DNA of 60,514 nucleotides, filler included, from Dugesia japonica (GCA_001938525.1; 5 parts of 5 records of this genome joined end to end with filler, not necessarily neighbours in it), one strand, 5' to 3'; shown: positions 1-12,470, counted from the whole stretch's first letter. Notes: generated by a model not told the origin, from the letters alone. Translations and numbers: made by a program.

Positions 1-159
1 CTTTAAAACTTAAGGTATTGATTTTTATATTAAAGTAGTAATTAAAGGAACTCAGCTAAATATACATAATAAATGTTTTTTTTTGGATTCAACTGACTGA
101 TAATAAAAATTCAATAAAATCCGTTATAAACTAAAGTCGAATAAAATAATGATTAATAA

Positions 160-335
160 GTATGATTTAAATCAGGCGAGTATCATGTGAAACGAATCTG
201 AACCAAAGGAGTGCGAGTCTGTACTCAAGTTTCGAGTCAACGGCTCTATTCTGAAGATCTGGATTTTTGGGTACACCAGATTCAAATTCATCGCGGAGTT
301 TTACCAGGTCAATTACCCTAGACTTAATTTAATAT
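160..335 (-). repeat. Dispersed repeat with a diverged inverted copy at ~23680-23858
   Basis: The reverse complement (tctagggtaattgacctggtaaaactcc...cccaaaaatccagatcttcagaatagagccgttgactc...agtacagactcgcactcctttggttc) aligns colinearly with 23689-23818 (tctagggtggtctggtctagaaaaacccc...cccaaaaatctagatattcggaatggagtcgttgactc...agtacagatacgcattcttttagttc). Confidence 0.75.
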
Positions 336-669
336 AAAGTGCGAACCCCTAGATTTAAGGCATACAAGAATTCAACTCATCTAGGGTAAAACCCCAACAA
401 TATAAACCTATATAAAAAATAATACATATAAAACTATGCAAAACCAAATCGTATTTCAACACTCAATTTTGCTTAGTAATCGTCCATTTGCATTGTATTA
501 TGATATAATCATTGTTAGTATACGAGTTTAATTGTCTATGAACTTTTGTTAAATGACTACAGTTAATTTATTTTAAAATACCACAACAAATATATTTTAA
601 GAATGTGTGTCTAAAATTTCATTGTACATTATATAAATAAATTTTTATAAATTTGTCATTTTTGTAATA

Positions 670-846
670 AATGTGTATAATAAAACTATTCAAGAAACAG
701 CTCTTGCTATGCGGGAAGACGCTTTAACGTTTGTGGAAATTTTAAATCGCATTAAAGTATCTGTTTCAATTTTATTCAGGTGGAAAAATGGAGATCAACC
801 AACAAAAGAAAAACCTCTGGACAGTCAACACTTCAGAGAAAATTAG
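670..846 (+). pseudogene. Short helix-turn-helix DNA-binding protein remnant
   Basis: Manual translation gives VYNKTIQETALAMREDALTFVEILNRIKVSVSILFRWKNG, which fits the 'G-x-S/T-x-x-E-I-x-x-x-L-x-V-S-x-S-T-L-x-R-W' HTH pattern. Confidence 0.45.
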
Positions 847-1385
847 GAAAGATGATAAGACCCAAAATGGAAACCGAAATGAAAGCTGAAATGAATAAAA
901 GTATTCCTGTTCGAGTTACAAAAGAAGAAAGATAATTTCATGTCTTTAGTGACGATAATTCCTTTTTATTTGAGTATGACAAACTTTATTTTCATCAAAT
1001 CATGAGAGGAAATCAATCCAAAACCATGCATCGTATTATCCCTACACCGAAAGAAACATTTAATGTTGATATTTTTGGACCTGAATATTCAACGATAAAG
1101 GATTGATTTGGTGTTAATTTCAGAGATAAAAATAATATGTATATTTATTTGAATTTTCCGTTTAATAAATGTTAATTTTTATTTTTTTATGTGTTTTATC
1201 AATAAACTATATTTAATAAATGTGCACCATATCTTTTAAAATACCGCCACGTAGCATATATTATAATAATATAGATCAAAGTGGTATAGTTTTGAAATGT
1301 TTTATATTTATTTATTTTATTTAAATGAATCAATTAAAATAATAACAATAATATATATACCAAAAATTACTTAAAAACAATAATT

Positions 1386-1538
1386 ATGGTTGCTAATATT
1401 AATGACAAGGAGAAAGTTTCTAAAGAGATTATAAGTAAAATGAAATTTCCAATTGGAAAACCTTCACAATTTGTTGACAAAAGTAAAAAATATACAATCA
1501 TATTCTTTAAATCCGGGAACTGTCGAATAGCCGGATGA
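1386..1538 (+). CDS. 50-aa micro-ORF ending in a TBP-repeat-like motif (copy 1; probably truncated)
   Basis: MVANINDKEKVSKEIISKMKFPIGKPSQFVDKSKKYTIIFFKSGNCRIAG*. TIIFFKSGNCRIAG resembles the TBP motif TALIFSSGKMVCTG. Confidence 0.35.
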   Translation: MVANINDKEKVSKEIISKMKFPIGKPSQFVDKSKKYTIIFFKSGNCRIAG

Positions 1539-1595
1539 GAGTTGACTTTGACTTACAAATGGTTGTAATGTTAATTATCTTGTTTTATATTTCTT

Positions 1596-1903
1596 CGACC
1601 TTGAAACAATCCGCTTATCAAAATTGAGTGTACTAGATTACTGACCTTGAAATTTTCCATCAATCAGAATCGAGTATACTGGATCACTGACCTTGAAACG
1701 TGACATAAATGAAAATTGAGTATACCAGATCAATTCGACCTTTAAAGTTTTCACCTATCAGAATCGAGTATACTAGATCATTGATTTTGAATTATTTCAG
1801 CTAATGAGAATGAAGTATACTAGATTAGAGACTAATCAGAATAGAGTATACTAGATCACTGACCTTGAAAAATTTGACCTTGACGGGGAAAGGTCTGATT
1901 TAG
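1596..1903. repeat. Subterminal array of ~46-bp units (ATCAGAATCGAGTATACTAGATCACTGACCTTGAAA + ~10 variable nt)
   Basis: About six recognisable units with an AGTATACT palindrome and a TGACCTTGA motif. Confidence 0.85.
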
Positions 1904-2090
1904 NNNNNNNNNNNNNNNNNNNNNNNNNNNNNNNNNNNNNNNNNNNNNNNNNNACGTAGCATATATTATAATAATATAGATCAAAGTGGTATAGTTTTGA
2001 AATGTTTTATATTTATTTATTTTATTTAAATGAATCAATTAAAATAATAACAATAATATATATACCAAAAATTACTTAAAAACAATAATT

Positions 2091-2243
2091 ATGGTTGCTA
2101 ATATTAATGACAAGGAGAAAGTTTCTAAAGAGATTATAAGTAAAATGAAATTTCCAATTGGAAAACCTTCACAATTTGTTGACAAAAGTAAAAAATATAC
2201 AATCATATTCTTTAAATCCGGGAACTGTCGAATAGCCGGATGA
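2091..2243 (+). CDS. 50-aa micro-ORF with TBP-repeat-like motif (copy 2)
   Basis: Identical to 1386-1538 and lies within the local duplication. Confidence 0.35.
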   Translation: MVANINDKEKVSKEIISKMKFPIGKPSQFVDKSKKYTIIFFKSGNCRIAG

Positions 2244-2300
2244 GAGTTGACTTTGACTTACAAATGGTTGTAATGTTAATTATCTTGTTTTATATTTCTT

Positions 2301-2560
2301 CGACCTTGAAACAATCCGCTTATCAGAATCGAGTATACTGGATCACTGACCTTGAAACTTGAAATAAATGAAAATTGAGTATACCAGATCAATTCGACCT
2401 TTAAAGTTTTCACCTATCAAAATCGAGTATACTAGATCATTGATTTTGAATTATTTCAGCTAATGAGAAGGTAGTATACTAGATCACGGACTAATCAGAA
2501 TAGAGTATACTAGATCACTGACCTTGAAAAATTTGACCTTGACGGGGAAAGGTCTGATTT
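2301..2560. repeat. Second copy of the ~46-bp unit array, one unit shorter
   Basis: Same units as 1596-1903, but lacking one of the first two units. Confidence 0.85.
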
Positions 2561-2582
2561 AGTGCGCATGTATATACCTACT
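2561..2582 (-). mobile_element. Polinton/Maverick-like terminus (AGTAGGTATATACATGCGCACT on minus strand)
   Basis: Shares AGTAGGTA-N7-GCGCACT with termini at 10126-10151 and 33907-33931. AG...CT ends with short AGT repeats are typical of Polintons. Confidence 0.55.
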
Positions 2583-3192
2583 ATTTTTATATTAATTTCG
2601 ATAATAATCATAATTAAATTAATAATAATTTCATTAATAAATAAAAATAATTTTAATAATTATCAATAATAATAATTATTTCAATAAAAATAATAATTAA
2701 TAATAATTATTTTAATAAAAGTAATTATGAATAATAATTTTCATAAAAATAATTATAATTTTAATAATAATTAATAATAATAATATTAATTATAATTAAT
2801 GATAAATTATAATAGTAATAATAAATATATGATTAGATCAATTACACAACACAAAACAGATAGATAGATTTAACTCAACACAGCAAACTTATTTAACAAA
2901 ACACAGATAAATTGTTTTATGTTGTTTTGAATAGGCATGTATTGACTTATAAATTATAAATAATAATTATAGTAATAAGAAGAAATTATATTTAATAATA
3001 AATTAATTAATTAAAATTTTGAAATTATTTTAAATTAGTTCTATTTTTAATCGTAAAGTTATTTTACAAATAAAATTATTATTAAAAAAAATCTGAAATA
3101 TTGAGAAAGAATTCTAAAATCATACGAATAATTTAAATTACAATATTTATTTTAAATCATGTTGTATCTTTCGTTGATCATAATTGAACTGG

Positions 3193-4240
3193 ATTCTATT
3201 AACAGTCTAAAATTTAATACAATAATTTAGTTTAATTGACTGATTTGATTGAGTATTGTATTAAAATACTACTAGTTATATTCACTTATTTACTCTTTTC
3301 ATTGATCTACTGAAACACATGAGCTTATTGCGCATTTTTACTTTATCACATTGGTTTTATTGAAACACATTGATTTCTGTGTTACATGGGCTTTACCGTC
3401 TCCTACTGATTTTCTGAAATACATTGGGTTTACTGTGTCATATTTGCTTACTCTATCCACTTGTTTACTGTATTTACTGGCTTTAGTATCCCTTGCTAAA
3501 ATCTGTGAAATTTATAAAACTTAGAGAAATTAAGGAAATTAGTAGAAATTAGACAAATTCCAATAAATTAGTTTACATTTTAATCACGGGTCTATACATT
3601 GTAATGTAATTACTTGTGGACTTAGTAATGTTTTTAGTAAATCTTTATAAATTTATAAAATCNNNNNNNNNNNNNNNNNNNNNNNNNNNNNNNNNNNNNN
3701 NNNNNNNNNNNNATTCTATTAACAGTCTAAAATTTAATACAATAATTTAGTTTAATTGACTGATTTGATTGAGTATTGTATTAAAAAACTACTAGTTATA
3801 TTCACTTATTTACTCTCTTCATTGATTTACTGAAACACATGAGATTATTGCGCATATTTACTTTATCACATTGGTTTTATTGAAACACATTGATTTGTGT
3901 GTTACATGGGCTTTACCGTCTGCTACTGATTTACAGAAAAACATTGGGTTTACTGTGTCATATTGGCTTACTATATCCATGATTTACTAAAACTCATTGG
4001 TTTTTCTGTATCATATCGGTTTTCTGTACTCTATCTACTTGTTTACTGTATTTACTGGCTTTAGTATCCCTTGCTAAAATCTGTGAAATTTATAAAACTT
4101 AGAGAAATTAAGGAAATTAGTAGAAATTTGACAAATCCCAATAAATTACTTTACATTTTAATCACGGGTCTATACATTGTAATGTAATTACTTGTGGACT
4201 TAGTAATTTTTTCAGTAAATCTTTATAAATTTATAAAATC
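3193..4240. repeat. Tandem duplication (~3193-3662 and 3713-4240) around an N gap, containing a degenerate minisatellite (cattgatttactgaaaca-like)
   Basis: Direct near-identity on both sides of the gap. The second copy has extra minisatellite units near 3975-4030. Confidence 0.8.
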
Positions 4241-5000
4241 CTGTTATCCAAAATCAATTTTGAATTGAAAAATTACATATTAATTGTTAGATGAGTTTTG
4301 AGAAATAAATTTTAGATATTTTGTTTTATTTTAATTTATACACAATTTATTAAATTTGAAATTTAAAAATTCATTATATATATTTTATCTCATTTTCTTG
4401 TTTAAATATTTATCAAACTGATTTCAATAAATTCCGCCTCAAAATACAAAAAATTAAATCTGCTTTTAAAAATTACCTTTCACTAATATCTCAATGTACA
4501 ATAGATGGTGAAATTTTGCTTATAGATGTTTACAATTAATTCATAGGTGGTTACGATTTTTTTATTGGGTTTTTCAGGGAAAATTTCACGTTGTTTAAGT
4601 AATATGAAAATTTCAAATCTTTTAAAATAAAATTTTTATAGAAATCTGCGTGAAGGACTTTGCGGGGATCATTTTTAGTTTTTCCAATATTTTACATGGA
4701 ATTTTTCCAAAAGTTTTTATCAAAATTGATCAATAAAGTAGCGATTTTTTTCTAAAATCATGAAATCTTAAAGAATAAAAGTTAAATCATTAAAAAGTTA
4801 AAACATGTACTTAAATGGGAGTCTCCCACGAGAAACATTAAAATAAAATATAAAGTAAAAATACCAATTTAATTTCTACNAATATATTTTTTATTACATT
4901 CTGTAAATGGAATATTGTTTTTTCAACATTTCTTTTATTACATCTTTGAATGCATTGTATCAACATTTGTACGTCAGTTAGTAAAAATAATAAATTGCAA

Positions 5001-5052
5001 TTCGATGAACTCGTTTTCGATAAACTAGCTTTCGATGAACTAGTTTGTTACC
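5001..5052. repeat. Three 15-bp tandem units (ttcgatgaactagtt) ending in ...ACC; MULE-like terminal fragment
   Basis: ttcgatgaactcgtt-ttcgataaactagct-ttcgatgaactagtt-tgttacc. The MULE assignment is inference. Confidence 0.4.
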
Positions 5053-7068
5053 ATATAATACTGTCAATTCTTATTTGAATTAATTATTATTTTATTTACT
5101 CAAAATGCTTTTTTATTAAAATTATAAATTAGGAATTTTTCGAATGTTATATCAAACAATAATAATTTACATTCTTTTTTATATATTACCTACAGGTATT
5201 GCTTATTATTAATTAAATTAAATAGTTAAGTATTTGTTTTAATATCATAATAAATCTTTACTCAACGTGTAATATTTGAAATCTTGTTTTTAAGAAATCA
5301 GATGATAAAGATAGCGTAACTCATGCAAACTTGGAATTTATAGTTTTCTATTTTATTGGTCCATGTTTTCTTTCAAAAAAAACCGGATTTGCTTTATAAT
5401 TATTACATTAATTCCTTTTGATTTATTTAGACATCTTTAGCGATTCGGAAATCCGTCTAATGTTTAAAATGTTGTATAATGTTTTCCACAATTTTTTTAA
5501 AATAATAAATAACAGAAAAATTTTTGAAAACTAAACGTTTTTTTGAAATATGAATATTGGGAAAATATAGAAAACATTTCTGTTAACAAATTGAAACAAA
5601 AATGTCAGTTTAAAATCAAATCTCACCAAGTTAAAATTTAAAAAATTTTCGTTCTATAGTAAAATACTGAAAGTTTCTAAAATGATCTTCTGNNNNNNNN
5701 NNNNNNNNNNNNNNNNNNNNNNNNNNNNNNNNNNNNTAATTAATTCGCGGATGAAAAAAAACATTATTTACATTGGTTAGGATATTTTAAATACCAATTT
5801 ATTACTATTAAACAATGACTTTATAAANNNNNNNNNNNNNNNNNNNNNNNNNNNNNNNNNNNNNNNNNNNNNNNNNNNNNNNNNNNNNNNNNNNNNNNNN
5901 NNNNNNNNNNNNNNNNNNNNNNNNNNNNNNNNNNNNNNNNNNNNNNNNNNNNNNNNNNNNNNNNNNNNNNNNNNNATTAATTAAATAATTAATTATTAAT
6001 TAGTTCACTTAACATCCAATAAATAATTTAACGATTTGAATTTATTTATTTAATCAGAAATGAACTTCAATATTATTTTATAGATAGAATTGGCATGAGA
6101 ATATTCTGATCAAAAATTGTTTTACGATTTTTCATCCTTTGCCTGTTTACATTGTTTGTAGACTTCTCNNNNNNNNNNNNNNNNNNNNNNNNNNNNNNNN
6201 NNNNNNNNNNNNNNNNNNCTGAACTTGCCAAGCATTTAATGCTTTTAAAATTCAAGGAATATCCGTCTTGAATAACAGCAACGAATACGACTAAAAACAA
6301 GGCAATCTAAAATTATATAAAATTATTTCCGAAATATTTTTTATTTAATTTTACCTTGAACATTTTTTTTATTTTTTACTTATTTTACACTTACAAATAT
6401 CAATTTATATACTCGTTGATAAATTTGGAAATGCTTTTAATATGTTTATTTTNNNNNNNNNNNNNNNNNNNNNNNNNNNNNNNNNNNNNNNNNNNNNNNN
6501 NNNNNNNNNNNNNNNNNNNNNNNNNNNNNNNNNNNNNNNNNNNNNNNNNNNNNNNNNNNNNNNNNNNNNNNNNNNNNNNNNNNNNNNNNNNNNNNNNNNN
6601 NNNNNNNNNNNNNNNNNNNNNNNNNNNNNNNNNNNNNNNNNNNNNNNNNNNNNNNNNNNNNNNNNNNNNNNNNNNNNNNNNNNNNNNNNNNNNNNNNNNN
6701 NNNNNNNNNNNNNNNNNNNACAATTCTCAATTCTTAAATCGTATTTCAAAATGCGAATCCATTGATACATACATTTGTGAGTAATCCTTATTTTTCGTTG
6801 ACTCCGTTCCAATTCACACTTCATATTTTGAACTTTTTTCTATATTTCATTTAACGATTTTCGATTCCTTCAATTCAGTAGTCTTATATAGTTGTACACT
6901 TTCAAATTTACTAAATCAATGTACCCCGTAAACCACATGCCATATCGAATAAATAAATTTAAATATATATTGAATATATAAATTTAAATAAAAATTTAGT
7001 GGTCTTGATCCGTATTGTTGGGGAATTGTATTAGTAAGATAAGGAGTTAGTTTTCATTCATATGCTTG

Positions 7069-10000
7069 AGTAGGTAGTGGCACGTATCCCCTCTTGATTT
7101 TATCCCTAAAAAAGTCCCCCTCCCCCTCCCCACTTTTTAAAAAGGGGATAAAAATTTAAAAGAAATTAAAAAAGGGGATAAAATTTTTAAAAACAATAAA
7201 AAAGGTGATAAAAATTTTAAAAAAATTTAAAAAGGGGATACAATTTTTTAAAAGGGATAAATTTAATAAATAAACCAAAAGTGGGAATTAATTAAATAAT
7301 TTAATAAATTAAAAGGGCGGATAAATTTTTAAAAATAAATTAAAATCGGTGTTTAATTTTTCCTGTGTGTTTAGTTAGGAATTTATTCGGTGAGGTGGAA
7401 TGAGGTCATTTTTTGATTTGTTCAGGTGAATTTGGTCGGATATTTTCTCGGTGAAATCAAATGTGGTCAATTTTTGAATGGTTAAGGTGAAATTGGTCAA
7501 TTTTTTCCTCGGTTTGGTCATTTTTGGTAATTTTTTGTGGGTGACTTGGTATAATTTTTCCTGAAGATTGGTCATTTTGGTTTAGGTGAAATTGGTTAAA
7601 AATGTCTCGGTAAGGTTGAATCTGGTCAAACCTGGTTTGTTTTAGTTTAATTTGGTCAAATATATCCTCGGGAATGATTAATTTAAGTCATTTTTGGGTG
7701 ACTTGGTCAGAGTTTTCATCGTGATTGGTAATTTTTTGGGTGGTTTAGGTGAAATTGGTTGAAAATTTCTCGATGAAGTCAAATCTGGACAAACTTGGTT
7801 GGTTTTAGATGAATTCAATCAAATTTTTCCTCGGGATTTGTTAATTATTTGATCACAAGGGTAATTTTTAGGTGAATTTGGTCAATTATTTTCTCGAGTT
7901 TGGACAACTTGGTCAATTATTTACTCGGTTTAGATAATATTTATCAATTATAAACTCACGGTGGTTAGTTTTTGACGGATTTTTGTCTGGTTATGGTTAA
8001 TTATTTACTCACAAGGATAGTTTTAGGTGAATTTGAGTGATCAATTCCTAGTGTTTGGTCTGCTTGGGTTGAATTTTAAGGAAATTCATGATAAAAGACG
8101 AATTTCTTTAAATTTTAAACTTTTTAAAAATTTTTTATCGGAGTGTTTTATAGGAATCCTCGCAAACCGTTCATGTTGTTTAAATAATATGAAAATTTAA
8201 AATTTTGTTAATGAAATTTTTATGGGAGTCTGGGTGAACAGTCTAAATTTTTTAAAAAATATGTTTTATATCTCAGATTTCAAGGATTTTTATAGCAAAC
8301 TGCTGAGAATTTTACGGCGATCATTTCTCACAAATAAAGATTTTTCGAAAAACCTTTCCTTCTCAAATAAGTTAAGACGTATTTATTAGATAGAGAATTT
8401 TTCGTTGATTCCAAATCTGTTAACCTTAAATCGTCATAGTCAATACTCGATGAAATAAATAGGGTTTTATGGTGAAAAAATCTCAAAATTTAAATTTTTT
8501 TACTCAATTTTCTTAGCGTTCATAACTCGTATAATTTCAAATTTGGTATTATTTTACTCAGGAGAAAGATGTGACTGTACACAATTAAAATATCGTCTCG
8601 GGAAAAAGGCTTCCTAACGAATATGTATAGCCGTTCTCCCGGATTTGGCAAAATTTTTTGAAAATATCAAAGGTAACTCAAAATTCGCCAAAAAGGTACC
8701 TTTTGATAGAGAATTTTATGATGAGTAAGAAAAACATGGTTAAAAATCCCCAATCTTTATTCTTGATTAAATAAATTGAAAAAGCTAGTACTTTATATTA
8801 GTTGATCCCTGAGAAAATTTGTAAGTATGAAATTTAAATTGATAACATTAAATTGGAAATAAATTAATTGTATTTATTAATTTAATCATCAAAAATTTAA
8901 TTCATCATTAATTAATAGTAATCAAGTTGATCGTAATTGAAACAATAAAATCATAATTAAAAACATACAAATTCAAATTTCACAATGTATTTAAATAGAA
9001 AATAAACCCATGAATTCGCTTTCATCAAGTCTTAATACATAATACTCATTATCATCGGCTATTAACATATACAATTCTCACTATAATCAAAAGGATAACT
9101 TGATTGTGAAATTTCGGAAAACTAACGTGTATGAGATAAGACTTCATGGTTTAATTAATACAATTTTGTATGGTTAATCGAGGCAAATGTAATCTTAAGT
9201 TATTGGGAAGTTTAATTGGCCTATTTTGATTTACAAGCACCAGCCATTTTTGAAGCAATATTTTGTGGATGATTATGATTTAAATTACGTGGTCACCATG
9301 TTAGATTTATTTGTTTGCTTCATTTAATTCAATTAAAATAAGATTTTTAATAATATATTTAAAAAAATTATTAAAAAAATATATTTTATTAAATTATTTA
9401 AAATAAATAAATTAAACAAATCATATAAATAAGTCATTAAAAAATTTACGCTTTTAACTATTTCACTCCCGATGTATCCAGTGGGATAGACTTAAATTTC
9501 CGGTAAACAGCAATGAATTCTGCATCGATTGATGTAAAAATCTCGACAAATATTATTTTCAAAAATTTTCCAAATTTCAGATGTTCTCCTGGATTTATAT
9601 AAAAATTTGATTTAAAAATTTTAAAAATCTGAAAATTTAAACAAAAATTATCTAATTTCACTAATTTACCACAAAAAGATAAAATAATTTTAAAAACCTT
9701 AAAAATTTAAACAAATTCGACTTTTCCTTGAATTTCCGTAAAACTTCTACCCAAATAGACCATCCCGAGAAAAAAATAGACCAAAGCGCCCAAAAATTAC
9801 CTAAACTGATCAATTTCGAAGAAAAATTTCAAGAATATTGCCTAAACCGAGTAAATAACTAACCAAATCACCCAAAAAATTACCCAAACTAAATAATCCT
9901 GAGGAAAAATTAGACCCATATTGCCTAAACCAGTCAAAAATTGACCACATTCGACGCCACTGAAAAAATTCCCAACTAAATACACAGGGAAAATTTAAAA

Positions 10001-10151
10001 ACAGTAACGTTATTGTTGCATAATGATGCAATTTATGATTCAGTTTTTAAATTCCTAACTAAATGCATTAGGATTAAGTTTCATTACATCACTAATCCTA
10101 TGATGATGTAATCGAATGGGTGCTGTTCCAGTGCGCCACTATCTACCTACT
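7069..10151. mobile_element. Putative non-autonomous Polinton-like or foldback element with AGTAGGTAG...CTACCTACT ends
   Basis: Starts agtaggtagtggcac and ends gtgcgccactatctacctact. Internal degenerate ggtgaaattggtcaa arrays at ~7380-8060 are mirrored in inverted orientation at ~9760-9960. No matching TSD. Confidence 0.5.
7380..8070. repeat. Degenerate tandem array (ttaggtgaaattggtcaattttt(c)ctcgg-like units)
   Basis: Many recurrences of ggtgaa(a/t)ttggtcaa and ttttctcgg. Confidence 0.75.
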
Positions 10152-11373
10152 AATAATTCAACATTGCATTGTATTCAGAATAAATATTCTTATTATGATT
10201 TTTTTGTTCTCTGTGTATTTATGAATATGTCTGATTATTATTCCACGGGGAAAATTCTAACATGAATATTTCTCAGTTAACGTTTTATTTATCATTTAGT
10301 AATATTTCCATGTACAAATTTTATGCATACTTTTATATATGGCCATACTTTGTCCGTTTATCAGTTTGTATTTATTTATTCATTGTTTAACTGCGTACTC
10401 ACTTTTTAATTGTTCGATAAAGAATAATGTATTTAATTTGTTCTATAGATACTTTAAAATTATGAAATTAAAATTTTTCTTATTAAAATAAGAAATACTA
10501 AATACGAAAAGGTAAGTAAAAGTCAAAACTGAAAATGAAAATTGAAAATACGAGTGTGTGTGTAATTGTTAAAATTTTTATGAATGAAAACGTTTTATAG
10601 AAAATAATAATTTCTTAAGAGAGTGCTTACTTCAATATTGTTAAATTTATTAATAACATTTAAACTTTCTAATTAATAAATTTTAAAATTTATCTTTAAC
10701 AAATATTCTCTAAAATATTTTTCTATAAATTGATAGATTTTCAACGACTATATTAGAAAAAAATTGAAAAAAAATTTATAAAAATCTAATTAACACTGAA
10801 AAGCAAACGACATAATTAGTTTGTGGTTTTTTATTATTAATTGTAATTATTTTTTTAAAAAATTATTATTTTCATTTATATTTTCAATTAAAATAAAAAA
10901 AATTTAAAAATGATTGTTTGTTTTATTTCACAAAATTTTACTTTAATTTTTATTAACAGGTTAGATGAGCCTACCCACGGGAGATGAACAGATGTTTCAA
11001 GGGAAGTATAACTTACTAATGAGATTATTCATTCAAGAATTATAAGTATATTTTAAAAAATTAATTTCTGAAATTGTAATTTGAAAAGATTTCATTTTTC
11101 TGAGTTATTTGATATCATAAAACTAACATGTAACTTTGATTTTTCTTATTTGGTGTCAAAATAGCCCAGGACAAAATAGGTCAAAAAATTTATAATTATT
11201 ATTATTAATATAATATTTTATTATATTAATATTTTATATTATTAATATATAACTTCATTTTATTTTATTATTTTATTGTCATTATTAATATTAATATTTA
11301 ATTTTACTATATTATATTTTATATTATTGATATCAAATTTTATTATATTTTATTTTTCATTTTATTATTAATA

Positions 11374-11473
11374 NNNNNNNNNNNNNNNNNNNNNNNNNNN
11401 NNNNNNNNNNNNNNNNNTTAATTAATTAANNNNNNNNNNNNNNNNNNNNNNNNNNNNNNNNNNNNNNNNNNNN
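11374..11473. other. Artificial assembly linker N44-TTAATTAATTAA-N44
   Basis: Exactly 100 bp with stops in all six frames. Recurs identically four times. Confidence 0.95.
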
Positions 11474-11799
11474 AACAAAAGAATAAATATCTGAAATGAA
11501 GTAATGCAAGAGATTTACAAATTTTATTTTCTTATGAAATAATAAAAGTAAGTATCAAAAGCTTTCTGTGTCGTATTTTTATAGAACTGTTTCAGTTGTT
11601 CTCATAAAAAATCAAAGACGTTTTTCAAAAATATTTAATATTTTTAATTTTAAATTGTAATAAAAATTTTTAAAACCTATAAAGTAATAAAATTGAAAAT
11701 TATTTTAAAAAATATAATACAAAACTTATAAAAACATGAGAATATAATAAACTTTCTAAAATTAAAAGATTTTTGATAAATAAAATTTTTTAATCAATT

Positions 11800-12322
11800 T
11801 AGTCGAAAGAGCTGTCTGTACATTATTGCTTGGATTATGAAATCTGATCATCAATACATACAACACTCTCCCAGTAATTTTTAAATTGATAAGACAAAAT
11901 TTTAAATTTTGAAATTTCAGCATTCGCATTGCAATTACTGTTAATTTTGTGCCCGGGAATATTACACTACCACCACCAAAACAATTATGCTCTTGGGCAC
12001 TTGTACAGAGATGACGGCAATCTCTCTAGTGTATATGGTATAACACCCATAACATTTAAATTGATAAACAAAGTTAGAACACAAACCAATTGGTGTATGG
12101 GATTTATTAACAAAGTTATTAACAATCCTCTGTGAAGTACAAACAATTTTCAATAAATGAAGATAGTTATAAGCTTTCAGAATCAAATTATAAAACCTTC
12201 AGAATAAAGAATCAATAAAACAAATTCCTCAATACAGAATGATAAAGTGTTATCAGGTTCAGAATTATTTAACACAGTTTCAATCTTCTTATCGAAATAA
12301 ATTTAATTACCTACCAATATTT
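11800..12322 (-). mobile_element. Penelope-like element B, 3' part (GIY-YIG endonuclease remnant)
   Basis: SNFVYQFKCYGCYTIYTRE matches the PLE motif SNVVYxFxCxxCxxxYIGE. Confidence 0.7.
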
Positions 12323-12435
12323 TTTAAAATTGCAATTATTGCGTGAATAACTGTTGGACGTAAACATTGATCGTTTTTCAGATTTCATTAGAATAAAAGC
12401 TTCAATCAAAATTTGTTTTTTTGGTTTTTGATAAT

Positions 12436-12470
12436 AGTTATATTTTTCGACTTTGTCTTCTTCAGGAATT
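12436..12470 (-). ncRNA. Minimal hammerhead ribozyme copy in the inverted pLTR
   Basis: Minus strand reads aattc-CTGAAGA-agacaaagtc-GAAA-aa-TA-taact. Confidence 0.65.

Larger units (their letters stand above)
1248..2562. repeat. Near-identical tandem duplication (1248-1903 and 1954-2562) around an N gap
   Basis: acgtagcatat...ggtctgatttag occurs on both sides of the gap, with a few substitutions and one repeat-unit difference. May be two haplotypes. Confidence 0.85.

Noticed and set aside
1596-2560. CRISPR array
   Set aside because: Spacers are only ~10 bp, repeats are degenerate, there are no cas genes and the context is eukaryotic. Better read as a subterminal tandem array.
3296-4060. Decayed collagen-like (9-bp period) coding repeat
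   Set aside because: No frame keeps Gly-X-Y periodicity, so it is treated as a minisatellite.
1248-4240. Recent biological tandem duplications
   Set aside because: Both pairs straddle 50-N gaps, which is typical of unmerged overlapping contig ends or haplotypes. They cannot be accepted as real without reads.
6356-6824. ORFs spanning N runs (also 13709-14437, 21473-21830, 33388-33642, 47896-48132)
   Set aside because: Their length comes from untranslatable N gaps.
10961-11045. Exon-like island after a ttaacag acceptor
   Set aside because: No convincing donor, no partner exons and no recognisable peptide.
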